This document shows, in pieces, positions 21,403 through 32,587 of a DNA stretch of 64,000 nt; position 1 is the first letter of the stretch; each line of letters starts with the position of its first letter. The notes under the pieces are model-generated. The model did not search any database. It was not told the DNA's origin and saw only the letters and a list, made by a program, of their open reading frames with translations. The DNA is from Nitrospiraceae bacterium (GTDB lineage: Bacteria; Nitrospirota; Thermodesulfovibrionia; UBA6902): NCBI GenBank assembly GCA_003599025.1, contig QZIL01000021.1, forward strand, positions 3,965-67,964, written 5' to 3'. A program made the position numbers and the translations under genes.

Positions 21403-22588
21403 TGTTCCTCTTGAGCAGCCCCTGGTACAAATCTTCTATTTTTTCAAGCATCCCCTGTACTGAAAATTTCTTCTTTACGATCGCCCTTCCTTCTACACCC
21501 ATCTGTATGGCCTCTTCTCTATGATTAAGCATGTATAACATAGCCCCTGCCAGCGAAGCGGTATCTTTCGGCGGCACAAGCAGGCCGTTTTTCCCATGTT
21601 CGACTACTTCAGGAAGACCCCCGAGGGATGTTGCTATGACTGGCTTGCCTGCAGCCATGGCCTCAATTATTGCCAGTCCGAGCCCCTCCCTTTCAGATGA
21701 CGGCAGGACCGCAATATCAACTGAGGACATAATTTCAGAGATGTCCGTGACTGTCTCCCTGAATATGATGTATGAACTTATTCCAAGTCTTTCTGCCTGT
21801 TCTTCAAGTTCCCCCTTCAGTGCCCCTTCCCCGACCAGGACAAATTTGACTTTATCTGAACAGGTATCAATAACAGATTTTGCGGCATCCAGAAGATATT
21901 TATGTCCCTTGTGCGGCGCAAAAGAAGCCACACAGCCGATTACAATCTCTTTTTCATCTGCAATACGTCTCTGTGAATTACGTTCAAATTTATCAATATC
22001 CACACCGTTATAAATGACCTCCAGCTTATCGGCCCTGATTTTTTCACGGTCGCCTGCGAGATCTGCTACAGCCTGAGAACAGCACAATATTCTGTCACTG
22101 AAACAACTCAAGAATTTCTCTATAAATAACTGCCTGCGGGTACAATCCCAATAAGTTGTGTGCATGTGAGAAAGTACGACCGGAGTCCTGGCAAAAATAC
22201 CTGCCAGTCTTCCCATGGTAGTAGCCGTGCAGCCATGGGTATGAAGGACATGAATTCTTTCTCTTCTTAATTTCCTGCAGAGGTTCGCAAAAAACAGGAC
22301 ATCCCTGTGTGATCTCATATTTAATATCTGGACATCGATTCCCTTATTTTTCAATTCATCAAATATCCGGCCTCCGCGGACCAGACACCAGACACTGGGA
22401 TGAAACCGGTTTTTATCCAGCCCTGTTGCGATAGTGTCGACAACTCGCTCCAGTCCCCCGATTTCCAGGGCCTCCACCATGTGCACTACGTTTATAACGG
22501 ACCTTTTCCGTACGCTACCGCACGCACGCGATTTATGTCCTGTGGTACTGCTGAACACGTCCACTCTGTCTTTATTGAGGGAATACAT
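21383..22588 (-). CDS. GT4 glycosyltransferase
   Basis: GGLERVV, HKGH, EGLGLAIIEAMAAG. Confidence 0.92.
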   Translation of the reverse strand: MYSLNKDRVDVFSSTTGHKSRACGSVRKRSVINVVHMVEALEIGGLERVVDTIATGLDKNRFHPSVWCLVRGGRIFDELKNKGIDVQILNMRSHRDVLFFANLCRKLRRERIHVLHTHGCTATTMGRLAGIFARTPVVLSHMHTTYWDCTRRQLFIEKFLSCFSDRILCCSQAVADLAGDREKIRADKLEVIYNGVDIDKFERNSQRRIADEKEIVIGCVASFAPHKGHKYLLDAAKSVIDTCSDKVKFVLVGEGALKGELEEQAERLGISSYIIFRETVTDISEIMSSVDIAVLPSSEREGLGLAIIEAMAAGKPVIATSLGGLPEVVEHGKNGLLVPPKDTASLAGAMLYMLNHREEAIQMGVEGRAIVKKKFSVQGMLEKIEDLYQGLLKRNNGAAEI

Positions 22589-22622
22589 CAGTATGCGAAT
22601 TTCCTCATGTGAAGCATGCTAT

Positions 22623-23546
22623 CTAGGCTTTATCCCCCGAGACATGCCACTTGAGCACTTTCAGGTTATTCAATATGCGTCCCCTGTGATTACCGCCGTC
22701 ACCCGCTATAAGATGATACCTGACCGCAATATACGCCATTTCTATAATTACCCCGGCCATTAAAATAGGTTTTATAACAAGATACCCTTTGGCTTTGTAT
22801 TGCTTCATGAAGAAATACAAAGCGCTTCTGTGCCAGGCTATATCTCTCAGCCTGATGTTTTTTGCTGTTGAGCTTCCTCCGGAGTGCGTTATCCTGAAGT
22901 CAGGACAAGAAATCGTCTTTAGACCTATTTGCCCGATTCGGACTCCAAGATCAGTATCTTCAAAAAAGAGGAAGAAATTCTCATCAAAACCACAAAGGCT
23001 CTTGTACACGGAACTTTTCATCAGAAAACAGCTTCCGGAGGGATATCCATGCACCTGTATTTCTGACTGGTTCAGCAGAGTAGCGTCCCTGAAGGTCAGC
23101 ATATTAAGAAACAGACAGTAATTCATCATGTCTCTAATACGCGGGACTGTCCTCAGATATTTGTAGCGCAGATTGCCATTGTCATCAAATACTATCGGAA
23201 CAATTGCCCCGATGTCTTTTTTGTCTTTGAAATAATCGAAAAGCTTTTTGAAGTCAGCATCAAGCAGTGTTGTATCGGGATTCATTAACAGAAGGTGTTC
23301 GCCTTCAGCCATTCCTGCGCCCTGATTGTTTGCCCGCCCGAACCCGACATTGACCCGATTTTCAATTAACTTCGCATACGGGAATTCATGCCTGACCATG
23401 TCCGGGCTTCCGTCAGCAGATGCGTTATCTATTACTATGACCTCGAAGGAGACACCTCCCATTCTCTCATAGATGGATTTAAGACAGTCTCGCATTGGTC
23501 CTTTGGAGTTCCAGCTTACTATAATTATTGAAACATCCATTTTCAT
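22623..23546 (-). CDS. GT2 glycosyltransferase
   Basis: SIIIVSWN, DNASAD, NVGFGRANN, NPD, FEDTD. Confidence 0.92.
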   Translation of the reverse strand: MKMDVSIIIVSWNSKGPMRDCLKSIYERMGGVSFEVIVIDNASADGSPDMVRHEFPYAKLIENRVNVGFGRANNQGAGMAEGEHLLLMNPDTTLLDADFKKLFDYFKDKKDIGAIVPIVFDDNGNLRYKYLRTVPRIRDMMNYCLFLNMLTFRDATLLNQSEIQVHGYPSGSCFLMKSSVYKSLCGFDENFFLFFEDTDLGVRIGQIGLKTISCPDFRITHSGGSSTAKNIRLRDIAWHRSALYFFMKQYKAKGYLVIKPILMAGVIIEMAYIAVRYHLIAGDGGNHRGRILNNLKVLKWHVSGDKA

Positions 23547-24244
23547 TTTTGTGGTACAGCCTTGAACAGGACTACCACACCGAAAAGATTCGGGAAACTC
23601 CTTGACAGAAATGAGCGAGACCAGTCATAGACCGGTCTAAAAAAAGGCAATTTATATTCAAGGGGGAGATCACACTTAGTGACACTCCAGTCTACCACAG
23701 AATATCCGCAATCCTTAATAAACTGCCGGGCGGAATAGAATGTAAAAAAACGAAGGTGGGTCTTGTCGAGCACCCCTGAATCCTGATAATCATATCTTCC
23801 GAACAAGAGTTCCTTTCGCACACCATACGACGCAACATTCGGAATCGTTGCGATTATAAAGCCCCCTGGATACAGGAGTTCCCTGCTTTTAACCAGAACG
23901 CTCCGCGGATTCACCAGATGCTCCAGTACATCAAGGAACAGTATGACATCATATTTTCGGGATATCGCATCCCATATGTTCTGGTCTTCTATGCTTCCGG
24001 TAAAGACTTTTTCATAAAACTGTTCTGCCGAACGGGCCGCCTCTCTGTTTATCTCAACCCCCCAGACTTTATTGCCCCTCTTCTTTAAAACCTCTCCCAG
24101 ATATCCGCTGTGACAGCCGACTTCCAGGACAGATTGATCCCCCCTGGTAAGTTCAAGGACCTGTTTATACTTCAGCCCCATCCCTGACTTGAAATCCTGA
24201 TGGTAATGATACCCTTTATATAAGTCGTTTTCGCCCATTGTCAT
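23543..24244 (-). CDS. Class I SAM methyltransferase
   Basis: VLEVGCHSG, DVLEHL, GVLDKTHLRFFT. Confidence 0.9.
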   Translation of the reverse strand: MTMGENDLYKGYHYHQDFKSGMGLKYKQVLELTRGDQSVLEVGCHSGYLGEVLKKRGNKVWGVEINREAARSAEQFYEKVFTGSIEDQNIWDAISRKYDVILFLDVLEHLVNPRSVLVKSRELLYPGGFIIATIPNVASYGVRKELLFGRYDYQDSGVLDKTHLRFFTFYSARQFIKDCGYSVVDWSVTKCDLPLEYKLPFFRPVYDWSRSFLSRSFPNLFGVVVLFKAVPQK

Positions 24245-24245
24245 G

Positions 24246-24896
24246 CTATAAAGAACTTACTACCTTTCGATACAAATCCAGGACTATCGGGGGGGTAAAT
24301 GGTTTCACATACGACCTCCAGTTTTTTGATGACGCGCCTGAGTTAAACTGCTTCCACATGCCAACATGTTTTATAAACTCATCCATATTAATGGAATCCT
24401 CCCGGACGCTTTTAAACCCTAATCCTATTACGGTGTGCGGGAATGTTTCCTCCCCGAGAAAATCAACAAATGAGGATGAGAAAATAGATAGAAGACTTTT
24501 AAAGCCTTCAGGGGTAAACCTCCAGTAATCGTACGGGAAGTTATGTATGGAGAAATTCATGACCGAGCTCACAATAGCAGCCCCTCCCGGTTTAAGGATC
24601 CTATGCACTTCCTTTACTGCTTCTCTGAAGAACTCAACATGCTCAAGGGTGTCCATGATAAGGACTGTCCCGACAGATTCTGATGGAAGGGCTATATTAT
24701 GCAGGTTCAGGACCCTGTCCACACCCGGCCCCTCCCGCATATCACAGCCAACGTATTCCTTCCCCCGGAAAAGCCGGCGGAGATCCGCAAATCCTTCCTG
24801 CCCCGGGACCTGTAAAGCGCCGAACTCATAAACCGGTTCCATGAGAGGCAGTGTCTGTGAGGCGATCTCAACATAGTCCTTTATAATCTCTCTCAT
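24246..24896 (-). CDS. SAM methyltransferase domain protein
   Basis: YEFGA, GPGVD, DTLEHV, PYDYWRFT. Confidence 0.85.
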   Translation of the reverse strand: MREIIKDYVEIASQTLPLMEPVYEFGALQVPGQEGFADLRRLFRGKEYVGCDMREGPGVDRVLNLHNIALPSESVGTVLIMDTLEHVEFFREAVKEVHRILKPGGAAIVSSVMNFSIHNFPYDYWRFTPEGFKSLLSIFSSSFVDFLGEETFPHTVIGLGFKSVREDSINMDEFIKHVGMWKQFNSGASSKNWRSYVKPFTPPIVLDLYRKVVSSL

Positions 24897-24900
24897 ATAG

Positions 24901-26397
24901 TCACCATCCTTTCAATGACTGTATATTGATCTTTATATTGTCAAATAAACGATAATTCAGAAGCCGGTCAACCATATAGGTCATGCAAAGATATGCTCCG
25001 ATAAAAAGCATTATGAGCAATACTAACTCCGGCAAGCCTGTATTGATCAGGCGGGTTTTCAGCAGGAAGACAAGTAATACCGGAAATCCTGTATTGACCA
25101 GAGACGTGACAGTGGCCCTGCCGAAGTTAATGACACCGCACCCGGTTGCTTTAGTTATCAGATAAAAAGCCGCAAGATTCGGCAACAATGTAGAAAAAAG
25201 AACAGCCATAGAAGTCCCAACTATCCCCCATTTTACAGAAAGAGGATAGATCAGAATAATTAATATAATTAAGACCCAGAATTGCAATTTTGTAACTATC
25301 CCGGGGTTCCCCGTGGATACAAAGACCTGTCCGGCAACTGTCCCTATGGACCTCACTACTCCCCATATAACCAAAACCTGCATTACAGGCACCATCGGAA
25401 GCCATTTCTCTCCTAAAAATATAACGGTAAAATCAGGGGCTAATATAAAAATCATTCCGGCTGCTGGAAATGACAAAAACGCCGTCAGCTGCAGGACCTT
25501 TAAAAATCCCTCCCTTAACCTGGGAAGATCGTCCTGAATCTTGGAGTAAGCCGGGAATGATACCTGAGAGATAACGCTCGAAATTTCTGTAGCGGGAATG
25601 TTTGAAATTTTGTAAGCCATCTGATAAAAGCCGAGCGCGGTCAGACCAAGCAGCTTTCCTACAAAGATATCATCTCCCTGGCTTATTAAGAATACGAGTA
25701 TGCTTGATCCAAAAATCCATTTCCCAAAAACTGCCAGTTCTTTTACCTTTATCAGGTCAAAACGCAGGGAAGGTCTGTACGGATGGATTATGTAGCTCGC
25801 AACAAGTTTGACTATACTTGAAGCAAGCAGACCGAGAACAAGGGCCCAGACACTCCTCAGCGCAAAAGCCGCGGATACAGCTATCGCAAAGTCGGCCAAT
25901 GTACCGCACAAATGATAGATATACATCCTTTTAAATTCCAGTTCTTTTTCATAATAAACGAGCCCGATATTGGTAACAGCCTGGAAAAGCACAGTACATC
26001 CGATTGCCCGGATTATCAACGCTGCTTCAGGGGCCTGAAAAAACGATGCAGCATAAGGCGCAGTAAGATACAATATTGCAAACAGAGCAACTCCACGCAA
26101 AATCGACACTGTCCATGCGCTGTCAAGATATGACCTGATATCTTCTTTCTTCTGAATTAACGCTGTCTGAAATCCGGTCTGCGAAAAAGTTTCAAGGGTC
26201 GCCATGCTTAAAAGCGCAACTCCAAGCAGGCCGAACGCATCAGGTGCAAGAATGCGGGCAAGAACAACAAGCCTTGCCAGACTAAATACCTGTTGAGTAA
26301 TTCTGAGGGCAAAAACCCAGGCTCCGCCTCGTGCTATCCGTTGAGATAACCTAGTTTCCTTGTGAGAAAACTGGTTCATATTCCCTTTAAGTCCCAT
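24901..26397 (-). CDS. wzx: Wzx/WzxC-type flippase
   Basis: LARILAPDAFG, ALIQKK, LGFYQMAY; multi-TM protein. Confidence 0.9.
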   Translation of the reverse strand: MGLKGNMNQFSHKETRLSQRIARGGAWVFALRITQQVFSLARLVVLARILAPDAFGLLGVALLSMATLETFSQTGFQTALIQKKEDIRSYLDSAWTVSILRGVALFAILYLTAPYAASFFQAPEAALIIRAIGCTVLFQAVTNIGLVYYEKELEFKRMYIYHLCGTLADFAIAVSAAFALRSVWALVLGLLASSIVKLVASYIIHPYRPSLRFDLIKVKELAVFGKWIFGSSILVFLISQGDDIFVGKLLGLTALGFYQMAYKISNIPATEISSVISQVSFPAYSKIQDDLPRLREGFLKVLQLTAFLSFPAAGMIFILAPDFTVIFLGEKWLPMVPVMQVLVIWGVVRSIGTVAGQVFVSTGNPGIVTKLQFWVLIILIILIYPLSVKWGIVGTSMAVLFSTLLPNLAAFYLITKATGCGVINFGRATVTSLVNTGFPVLLVFLLKTRLINTGLPELVLLIMLFIGAYLCMTYMVDRLLNYRLFDNIKINIQSLKGW

Positions 26398-26409
26398 AAC
26401 ATTTCAACT

Positions 26410-27774
26410 TCATACACTATTGCCTTCAGGTGCAGCACCGATTTCCGGCAGCATTATAACGATTGCGGCCAGAAAGCAGAACGGCTCCATTATCCGAACG
26501 ATAATAAATGTGCTGGCAGTCAGCGCCTGGACCAGCAATCCCGCGAAACCGCCCAGAAAACCGAGGGTCAGGCCTTTGGCCCAGCCTTCTTCCACCCGGT
26601 CGAGTGTTTGTTTCCCCTTTATGAATATAATTGCCATAATCCACATGTATGCGATGAAGCCCATAATGCCTGTCTCCCCCAGCACTCTCGGATATTGGGC
26701 ATCCACAATACCTAATCCCGTTACTCCGTATCCCAAAAACGGTCGCTCGGTCCACAGGTGCATGATGCGTATCCATTTGTCGATACGCAGTGACCCTGAT
26801 TCGGCAATAGTCACATCTTTACCAAGTACGTTATATGTCTTGCCGGACGCAAACGTGACATCTATACGCTGCTTGACTGATTGAGGTATTACAACCGGCA
26901 ACAGGGCAATTATCAGTAAGAGCCCGGCCACTAAAACAAGCCTGGCCCTTTTTGTCAGGGCTACGATAGTTATAAGCATGGGAAAGAAACCTAGCCAGGA
27001 CCCACGGGACAGGGTAAACAGGAATGGAGGTACAATTAACCCGAGGAAAAGCAGCAGGGGCATGAGCAGATTCAGTGATCTGCAGTAAACAATAATCCCG
27101 ATCGCTATGGCCATCATAAAAAGGAGGTAGCCGCCAAGGGTATTGGCCTCTTCTCCCTCTGATATATCAAAGGGCGCCGCCACCCTTTCAAACCCCGACA
27201 ATTTGAGATACCAGGCGTATATGCTCACGATAAGACATACAAGCAAAAGCAGAAACACATATTTCCTGACCTGTCCCATGTCCCGCAGGTTATTCGCAAC
27301 CATAAAGAAGAGCAGGAAATATTCGATATACTTCAGCACATAAAAAAAAGCGGATTTTATATTCACATGGCCCTGCAGTGCCCCGAACAGCGTGGCCAGC
27401 ACGGCAATGAACACGTAGGCAAGGATAGGACGGACCAGAGGGTTGGACCTCAACAGTCCCAGTTCTTTATGTATGGCCATCTTGGATATCCAGCTGAAAA
27501 AGATAACGAGCAGCAGCAGGTCATCCACCCTTATAACCACCTCACGGCCTGGCACACCACCTATGCCGATCTCCGGCGAAAGAAGCATCGAAAAGATCAG
27601 GATGATAAGCGCTGCATCGGTATTTACAAAGGCGATAAAAAAAACGATCCCCGCAAACAGGACCATGCCCGGTATTGCCAGAGGTGATTTAACTACATAT
27701 AAAAACGCTATCCCGGACAGAAAAATTAATGAAGTGATGACAGCGGTATTTGAACGTTCATTCGTTATATGCAT
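26410..27774 (-). CDS. O-antigen ligase/Wzy polymerase family protein
   Basis: About 12 TM segments; TLSRGSW, R..W...PFLGYG, ETGIMG. Confidence 0.85.
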   Translation of the reverse strand: MHITNERSNTAVITSLIFLSGIAFLYVVKSPLAIPGMVLFAGIVFFIAFVNTDAALIILIFSMLLSPEIGIGGVPGREVVIRVDDLLLLVIFFSWISKMAIHKELGLLRSNPLVRPILAYVFIAVLATLFGALQGHVNIKSAFFYVLKYIEYFLLFFMVANNLRDMGQVRKYVFLLLLVCLIVSIYAWYLKLSGFERVAAPFDISEGEEANTLGGYLLFMMAIAIGIIVYCRSLNLLMPLLLFLGLIVPPFLFTLSRGSWLGFFPMLITIVALTKRARLVLVAGLLLIIALLPVVIPQSVKQRIDVTFASGKTYNVLGKDVTIAESGSLRIDKWIRIMHLWTERPFLGYGVTGLGIVDAQYPRVLGETGIMGFIAYMWIMAIIFIKGKQTLDRVEEGWAKGLTLGFLGGFAGLLVQALTASTFIIVRIMEPFCFLAAIVIMLPEIGAAPEGNSV

Positions 27775-27796
27775 ATTCTAATATTAAGGCGGTTAT

Positions 27797-29737
27797 CTAA
27801 ACCGGCTGGCTTTGCTCCCCGTAATAGCTCTCTTTATCACCATAGTGAATTGGATGTAACGCGGTACCCTTCTGAAGCCTGTTATGATTCAGGACTATTC
27901 CGGAAATATTGGCGCCGACAGATTCGATCTGGATTTTGGCCCTCAAAAGGGATTCCCTTGGCAACTTACCGACCTGATAACACAGAACAACACTGTCAAC
28001 CCTGGAAGCCAGAAGACTGGCATCGGTTACAGGCAGAACAGGCGGAGAATCAAAGAATATATAGTTGAACCTTCTCCTCAGCTCTTCAATCAGCTCCACA
28101 TTTTTTCCCGATTCGAGTATCTCTGCGGGATTAACAGGCGGGTGTCCGCTCGGAAGTATCCATATATTATCCATGCCTGAAGACCCGGTTATCATCTCAA
28201 GCGCCGCATCACCCAAAATAATGTCCGATATGTTCTTCAGCGCCTCATCCAGAGTCGCTGTTCCGGATATGACTTCTGTCAGACCGGGCCCGCTCCTGAT
28301 ACCAAAAGACCTGCTGACAGCAGGTTTCCTTAAGTCGGATGATACCAGCAGGGTTTTTGCTCCTGTCTGGGCAACAGCCAGTCCCAGATTAACAAGCACA
28401 GTTGTCTTGCCTTCCCCGGCTCCCGCGCTTGTGACAAGGATGGTCTTTCTGGAAGGGCCGAGCCTCAGGTTGGTCCTGATATTGCGGAAGGATTCAGCCA
28501 TAAGCGAGGTGGGCAGGTGATGGGTGATCATCCTGATGTATATATCAGCCGACTCCCTGCTGCTGATGTCCGGCATATTGGACGCAGGTTTTGACCGCCC
28601 CTTTTTGATATCTCTGTCTGCAGATGGAACCACACCCAGGACCGGCAGTTTCATTATATTTTCCGCCTCTTCAACGGTCCATATAGACCTGTCCATGGCT
28701 TCGAGGACGAAAACAAGGCCAATCCCTGTTAAAAGTCCTATGAGTCCTCCAAGAAGCACGTTGATATTTCCCGCTGTGTTTACAGGCGCGTTTGACAGTA
28801 CCGCGGGATCGATAATGGACACATCTCCCACTTTTTGCGCCTCTGTAATGCGCGCCTCTTCAAGTTTCTCCTTAAACATCATGTAGAGTTTTGTATTGAT
28901 TTCAACCTCTCGCGCCAGTTTGACCTGCTTAAGTTCCTGCTCCGACAATTCCATATTCTGAAGCGCGTATGAATCGCTTTTTATTTCGAGCCGTGATTCA
29001 AGGTCATTGATCTGCTGCTTGAGCTCTATGATCTTCGGGTTTTTTCCTGTATACCGCTGAGAAAGCCTGGCCAGCTGGTACTTCAGTTCCACAAGATTTT
29101 CCTGAAGATTGCCGGTCTCTTTACCACTGTAAGCAAGCTCCTTTAATCTGCTCGCCTCTTCTTTGGCCCCTCCCATGGTCCTCTCAGACTCTTCCAGCCT
29201 TTTGTTCAGGATCAACAACTGTTCTTCTATGAACAGCCGTGAACTGCGCGCCTGCTCTCTTTTCTCTCTCAAGTTTTCCTCAACATAAACAGCTGCCACC
29301 GTGTTGGCCAGATTCATGGCATCTTCTGCAATATTTGAAATTCCTGTAATCTCAATAATGTTAGTCTGGTCGAGCCTCTTTGTCTCGATCTTCTCCTGCA
29401 GATTACTCACAACCTTATGGACCTGGTCCATTGGTGAATCTTCCTGTATAAGTCCAAGCCTTATGGCAGAGTGCCTTATTATGGGATACCCCTTAATGAT
29501 ATTTGTCTGTGAAGCCATTATGTCTCCGGGATTATACACGATCCACTCTGTCAGGAGCCCCGCAATGGTTTTACGTTCTTCAATTTTTACAGTAGTTGAT
29601 GACTTGTACACAGGAGGCGCTGGAGGAAACAATATTAATCCGGCTATTACGCCTGTCAGCAGCGTAGCGAGTACAAGGAACTTCCTTTTGTAAAATATCC
29701 GTGTGTAATCTTTTATATTAAATTCATATTGCGGCAA
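27797..29737 (-). CDS. wzc: Wzc-type chain-length regulator/BY-kinase
   Basis: Two TM segments, coiled coil, ESFRNIRTN, Walker A GEGKTT, DLRKP, DSPP, C-terminal tyrosines; TTG start. Confidence 0.92.
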   Translation of the reverse strand: MPQYEFNIKDYTRIFYKRKFLVLATLLTGVIAGLILFPPAPPVYKSSTTVKIEERKTIAGLLTEWIVYNPGDIMASQTNIIKGYPIIRHSAIRLGLIQEDSPMDQVHKVVSNLQEKIETKRLDQTNIIEITGISNIAEDAMNLANTVAAVYVEENLREKREQARSSRLFIEEQLLILNKRLEESERTMGGAKEEASRLKELAYSGKETGNLQENLVELKYQLARLSQRYTGKNPKIIELKQQINDLESRLEIKSDSYALQNMELSEQELKQVKLAREVEINTKLYMMFKEKLEEARITEAQKVGDVSIIDPAVLSNAPVNTAGNINVLLGGLIGLLTGIGLVFVLEAMDRSIWTVEEAENIMKLPVLGVVPSADRDIKKGRSKPASNMPDISSRESADIYIRMITHHLPTSLMAESFRNIRTNLRLGPSRKTILVTSAGAGEGKTTVLVNLGLAVAQTGAKTLLVSSDLRKPAVSRSFGIRSGPGLTEVISGTATLDEALKNISDIILGDAALEMITGSSGMDNIWILPSGHPPVNPAEILESGKNVELIEELRRRFNYIFFDSPPVLPVTDASLLASRVDSVVLCYQVGKLPRESLLRAKIQIESVGANISGIVLNHNRLQKGTALHPIHYGDKESYYGEQSQPV

Positions 29738-29825
29738 AGAAAGTCACTCCTCTGTTTTATGAATGCAACATTTAGGATCGTTAACTTATTGCTACCTGTA
29801 AAAGTGATGTCCTGCCTTCATGGTC

Positions 29826-29897
29826 TGTCATTCCGGGCTTGACCCGGAATCCAGAAGAAGACTGGATTCCTCCCGATGCAACAGGACGGGAATGACA
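29826..29897. repeat. dRS3-like palindromic element between wza and wzc
   Basis: tgtcattccgggcttgacccggaatccag...ctggattcc...gggaatgaca. Confidence 0.75.
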
Positions 29898-29943
29898 CTG
29901 CGTGGGACATTTCTTCTGCGTCATTCAATAGCTCCGTCAAACC

Positions 29944-30978
29944 TTACTTTGACAGGGTCTTCACTGTTGTGCCGCCGGAAGTTATGGGGCCGAGAATCTG
30001 GCTCATGAAGTAATTCACATCTGCTATGAATTTTTTCGGAACGTAGACAATGTCTTCAGTCAGTATTTCAACGTTCTGACTTACATCTCTGCCCTTAAAA
30101 GCATCGTTCAGATTAATTCTCTTACCTTCAGGGTTCTCTTTCCCCCCCCTGATAAGCATGACGCTGGATGGCACAGAATCATCGGTAAAACCGTTTGCGC
30201 TGGCTATGGCCTCCAGCACAGACTTGCCGCCCGTCACATAATACACACCCGGAGTTCTCACTTCACCGAGGACAATGACCTTTCTGCGATCAAGCATTTC
30301 AGAGGTGGTTGGAATATAGATAATGTCCTCAGCCTGCACACGTATATTCTGTCCCAGGTCGCTCTTGTCAATGGCCTTGGACAGATCAAGCTTTAGTCCT
30401 GTGGGGTTTTGCTGCCCCTCCCTGATAAGTGTCACGCCTGAGGGGGATGCTGTGTCAGTGAAACCCTGCGCACTGGCTATGGCCTCCATCACGGTGTTTT
30501 CCCCTGTAACAAAATAGACCCCGGGATGTTTCACTGCTCCCATCACAACAACTTTTTTTCCGCCAGATTTTCTGAATGATATGGAGACCTCAGGGTGCTT
30601 GATATAATCTGTCAGTCTTGTTTTTATCCTCTCTTTAAGCTCGGCGAAGGTCAATCCCGAAGCCCTGATGTCCCCTGCCAGAGGAAAAGATATTCTTCCA
30701 TCAGGACGCACTACAACCTCTTCTCTCAGGTCTTCTTCAAGCCATACGGAAATAAACAGTACGTCCCCTTCCTGTATGATATATTCCCGGGAATTGTGCT
30801 CCGAGTGCGTATCAACTGTGAAATTGTCCTCTGCAGTATTTATTTTATTAATGGCCGCACTATGTGCATTAAAGGCGGAACCTTGAGTCAGCAATACAAG
30901 TACGCAAGCCCCCATTACAGGAATAAGGATACCACGGATTAAACTTGGCAGCAGTTTATTAAGTAAAGTATATTTCAT
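29944..30978 (-). CDS. wza: Wza-like polysaccharide export protein with two SLBB domains
   Basis: YIIQEGDVL, VRPDGRISFPLAG, two G.V..PGVY repeats. Confidence 0.88.
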   Translation of the reverse strand: MKYTLLNKLLPSLIRGILIPVMGACVLVLLTQGSAFNAHSAAINKINTAEDNFTVDTHSEHNSREYIIQEGDVLFISVWLEEDLREEVVVRPDGRISFPLAGDIRASGLTFAELKERIKTRLTDYIKHPEVSISFRKSGGKKVVVMGAVKHPGVYFVTGENTVMEAIASAQGFTDTASPSGVTLIREGQQNPTGLKLDLSKAIDKSDLGQNIRVQAEDIIYIPTTSEMLDRRKVIVLGEVRTPGVYYVTGGKSVLEAIASANGFTDDSVPSSVMLIRGGKENPEGKRINLNDAFKGRDVSQNVEILTEDIVYVPKKFIADVNYFMSQILGPITSGGTTVKTLSK

Positions 30979-30984
30979 TCTTTA

Positions 30985-31812
30985 TTAATAGTGAACCAGG
31001 CTGCCTTCCTTTTTTGCCTTTCTAACAGCATATGAAAAGGTCATGACCCCGACAGGCAGAAAGACTGCCGTAAAGAGAGCGAGTGCCCCTATATGCGGGA
31101 CAAGATCCGAAAAAGAGCTCCCTGCCAGAAGCGCGCCCCTGAGCCCGTTTAATGTATGAGTGATCGGCAGAAACATCGCAATGTCCTGGAGGAAATCCGG
31201 CAGAACAGCGACCGGATAATATACCCCGCCAAGGAGGCTGGAGGCTGTAAGGAACACCCAGGTCACAGGATCACCCTTTTTAAAAATCATGATGACGGCT
31301 GCAGATATAATGCCCAGACTGCCCGAGCTTGTTAAGGTCAGGATGAGAATAATCAGTGCAGCGGACAGTTCATTTAATTTCAGATTCACCTTGAAAATTA
31401 ATATCCCTATTATCAGGTACAGAAATATGTCAGCAGTTGCCAGAAGGAATTTCCATAGCGCCTGGCTTACAAGCATTATGGAGAGCCTCGTAGGAGTGAG
31501 CAGGATTGCTTCGAGTGTTCCGGTTATCTGTTCATTTCGTATCGCGTTTGCAAAGCTGCTCAGGCCTGATGAAAGGTAGCCGGAAAAAGCGATGCCGATC
31601 AATACAAAAGGGAAATATTCCCCTCCATATGCCTCCAGATAAGGACTCACTTTATAACCAAATGTTCTGGAAATAAAGAAGAACGTGAGCACAGTAAGAA
31701 CAATGCCTGAAAGATTGAAGAAAAAGAATAAACGGTAACTGGTATCTATAAGGAAGTCACGTTTTATGAAGGCATACGCCCTACGCAGAAACATAAGGTC
31801 CTTCCCTTTCAC
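30985..31812 (-). CDS. ABC-2 type exporter permease
   Basis: EQITGTLEAILLTP, GVYYPVAVLP, PITH. Confidence 0.9.
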   Translation of the reverse strand: MKGKDLMFLRRAYAFIKRDFLIDTSYRLFFFFNLSGIVLTVLTFFFISRTFGYKVSPYLEAYGGEYFPFVLIGIAFSGYLSSGLSSFANAIRNEQITGTLEAILLTPTRLSIMLVSQALWKFLLATADIFLYLIIGILIFKVNLKLNELSAALIILILTLTSSGSLGIISAAVIMIFKKGDPVTWVFLTASSLLGGVYYPVAVLPDFLQDIAMFLPITHTLNGLRGALLAGSSFSDLVPHIGALALFTAVFLPVGVMTFSYAVRKAKKEGSLVHY

Positions 31813-32587
31813 AGATGTCTGCAGGTCCGGTTACCCTTCTGAATATCTCATACAGGTCAGCCTCTGCTGATCCGGTTTCATCCCTCAACTCTCCTAAAGT
31901 ACCCATTGCCATAATCCTGCCGTGATGCATAATTGCTATACGGTCGCATATCTCTTCTGCCTCAGCCATCTGGTGTGTAGTCATAAAGACAGTCTTTCTT
32001 CTCTTTTCCACAAGCTCTGCTTTGATAAACGTTCTTAATTTAGAGGCCGCGAGCGGGTCAAGGCTCTTTGTCGCCTCATCAAGAAAAAGTATCTGAGGAT
32101 CATTGAGCAGGCTCCGGGCAATGAGCATCCGCTGCCTGATGCCGCTTGAGCATTTCTGGAAACTGATATCAGCCTCTTTCTCTATTTCGAGCAGAGAGAG
32201 GACCTCGCCTATTTTTTCCTTTGATGATTCAGAGGACAGTCCGGAGAGGGCTGCAAAGAAATCGAGGTTTTGCCTTCCGGTAAGTCTCCAGTAAAAAGAC
32301 CTGTCATCACCGCTCACAAGACCGATGGACGCCTTGACTTTGCTCTCATAAAGAGACGTGTCATATCCGTTTACAATAATACTGCCCGACGTAGGAATTA
32401 TGAGTGTGCAGAGTAGCTTGATCAGGGTTGATTTCCCTGCCTGGTTCGGCCCGACCAGGCCGAAGAGTTCCCCCTCCCTCACGTCAAGTGCTACCCCGTC
32501 AACTGCTTTAAGGATCTCCCTTCTGCCCCATATCGGCCCCTGCCGGAAATGCTTCTTTAAATTCGATGTATGTATGGCAATATTCAT
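31781..32587 (-). CDS. ABC exporter ATP-binding protein
   Basis: GPNQAGKST, SSGIRQR, LFLDE, TTH. Confidence 0.92.
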   Translation of the reverse strand: MNIAIHTSNLKKHFRQGPIWGRREILKAVDGVALDVREGELFGLVGPNQAGKSTLIKLLCTLIIPTSGSIIVNGYDTSLYESKVKASIGLVSGDDRSFYWRLTGRQNLDFFAALSGLSSESSKEKIGEVLSLLEIEKEADISFQKCSSGIRQRMLIARSLLNDPQILFLDEATKSLDPLAASKLRTFIKAELVEKRRKTVFMTTHQMAEAEEICDRIAIMHHGRIMAMGTLGELRDETGSAEADLYEIFRRVTGPADICEREGPYVSA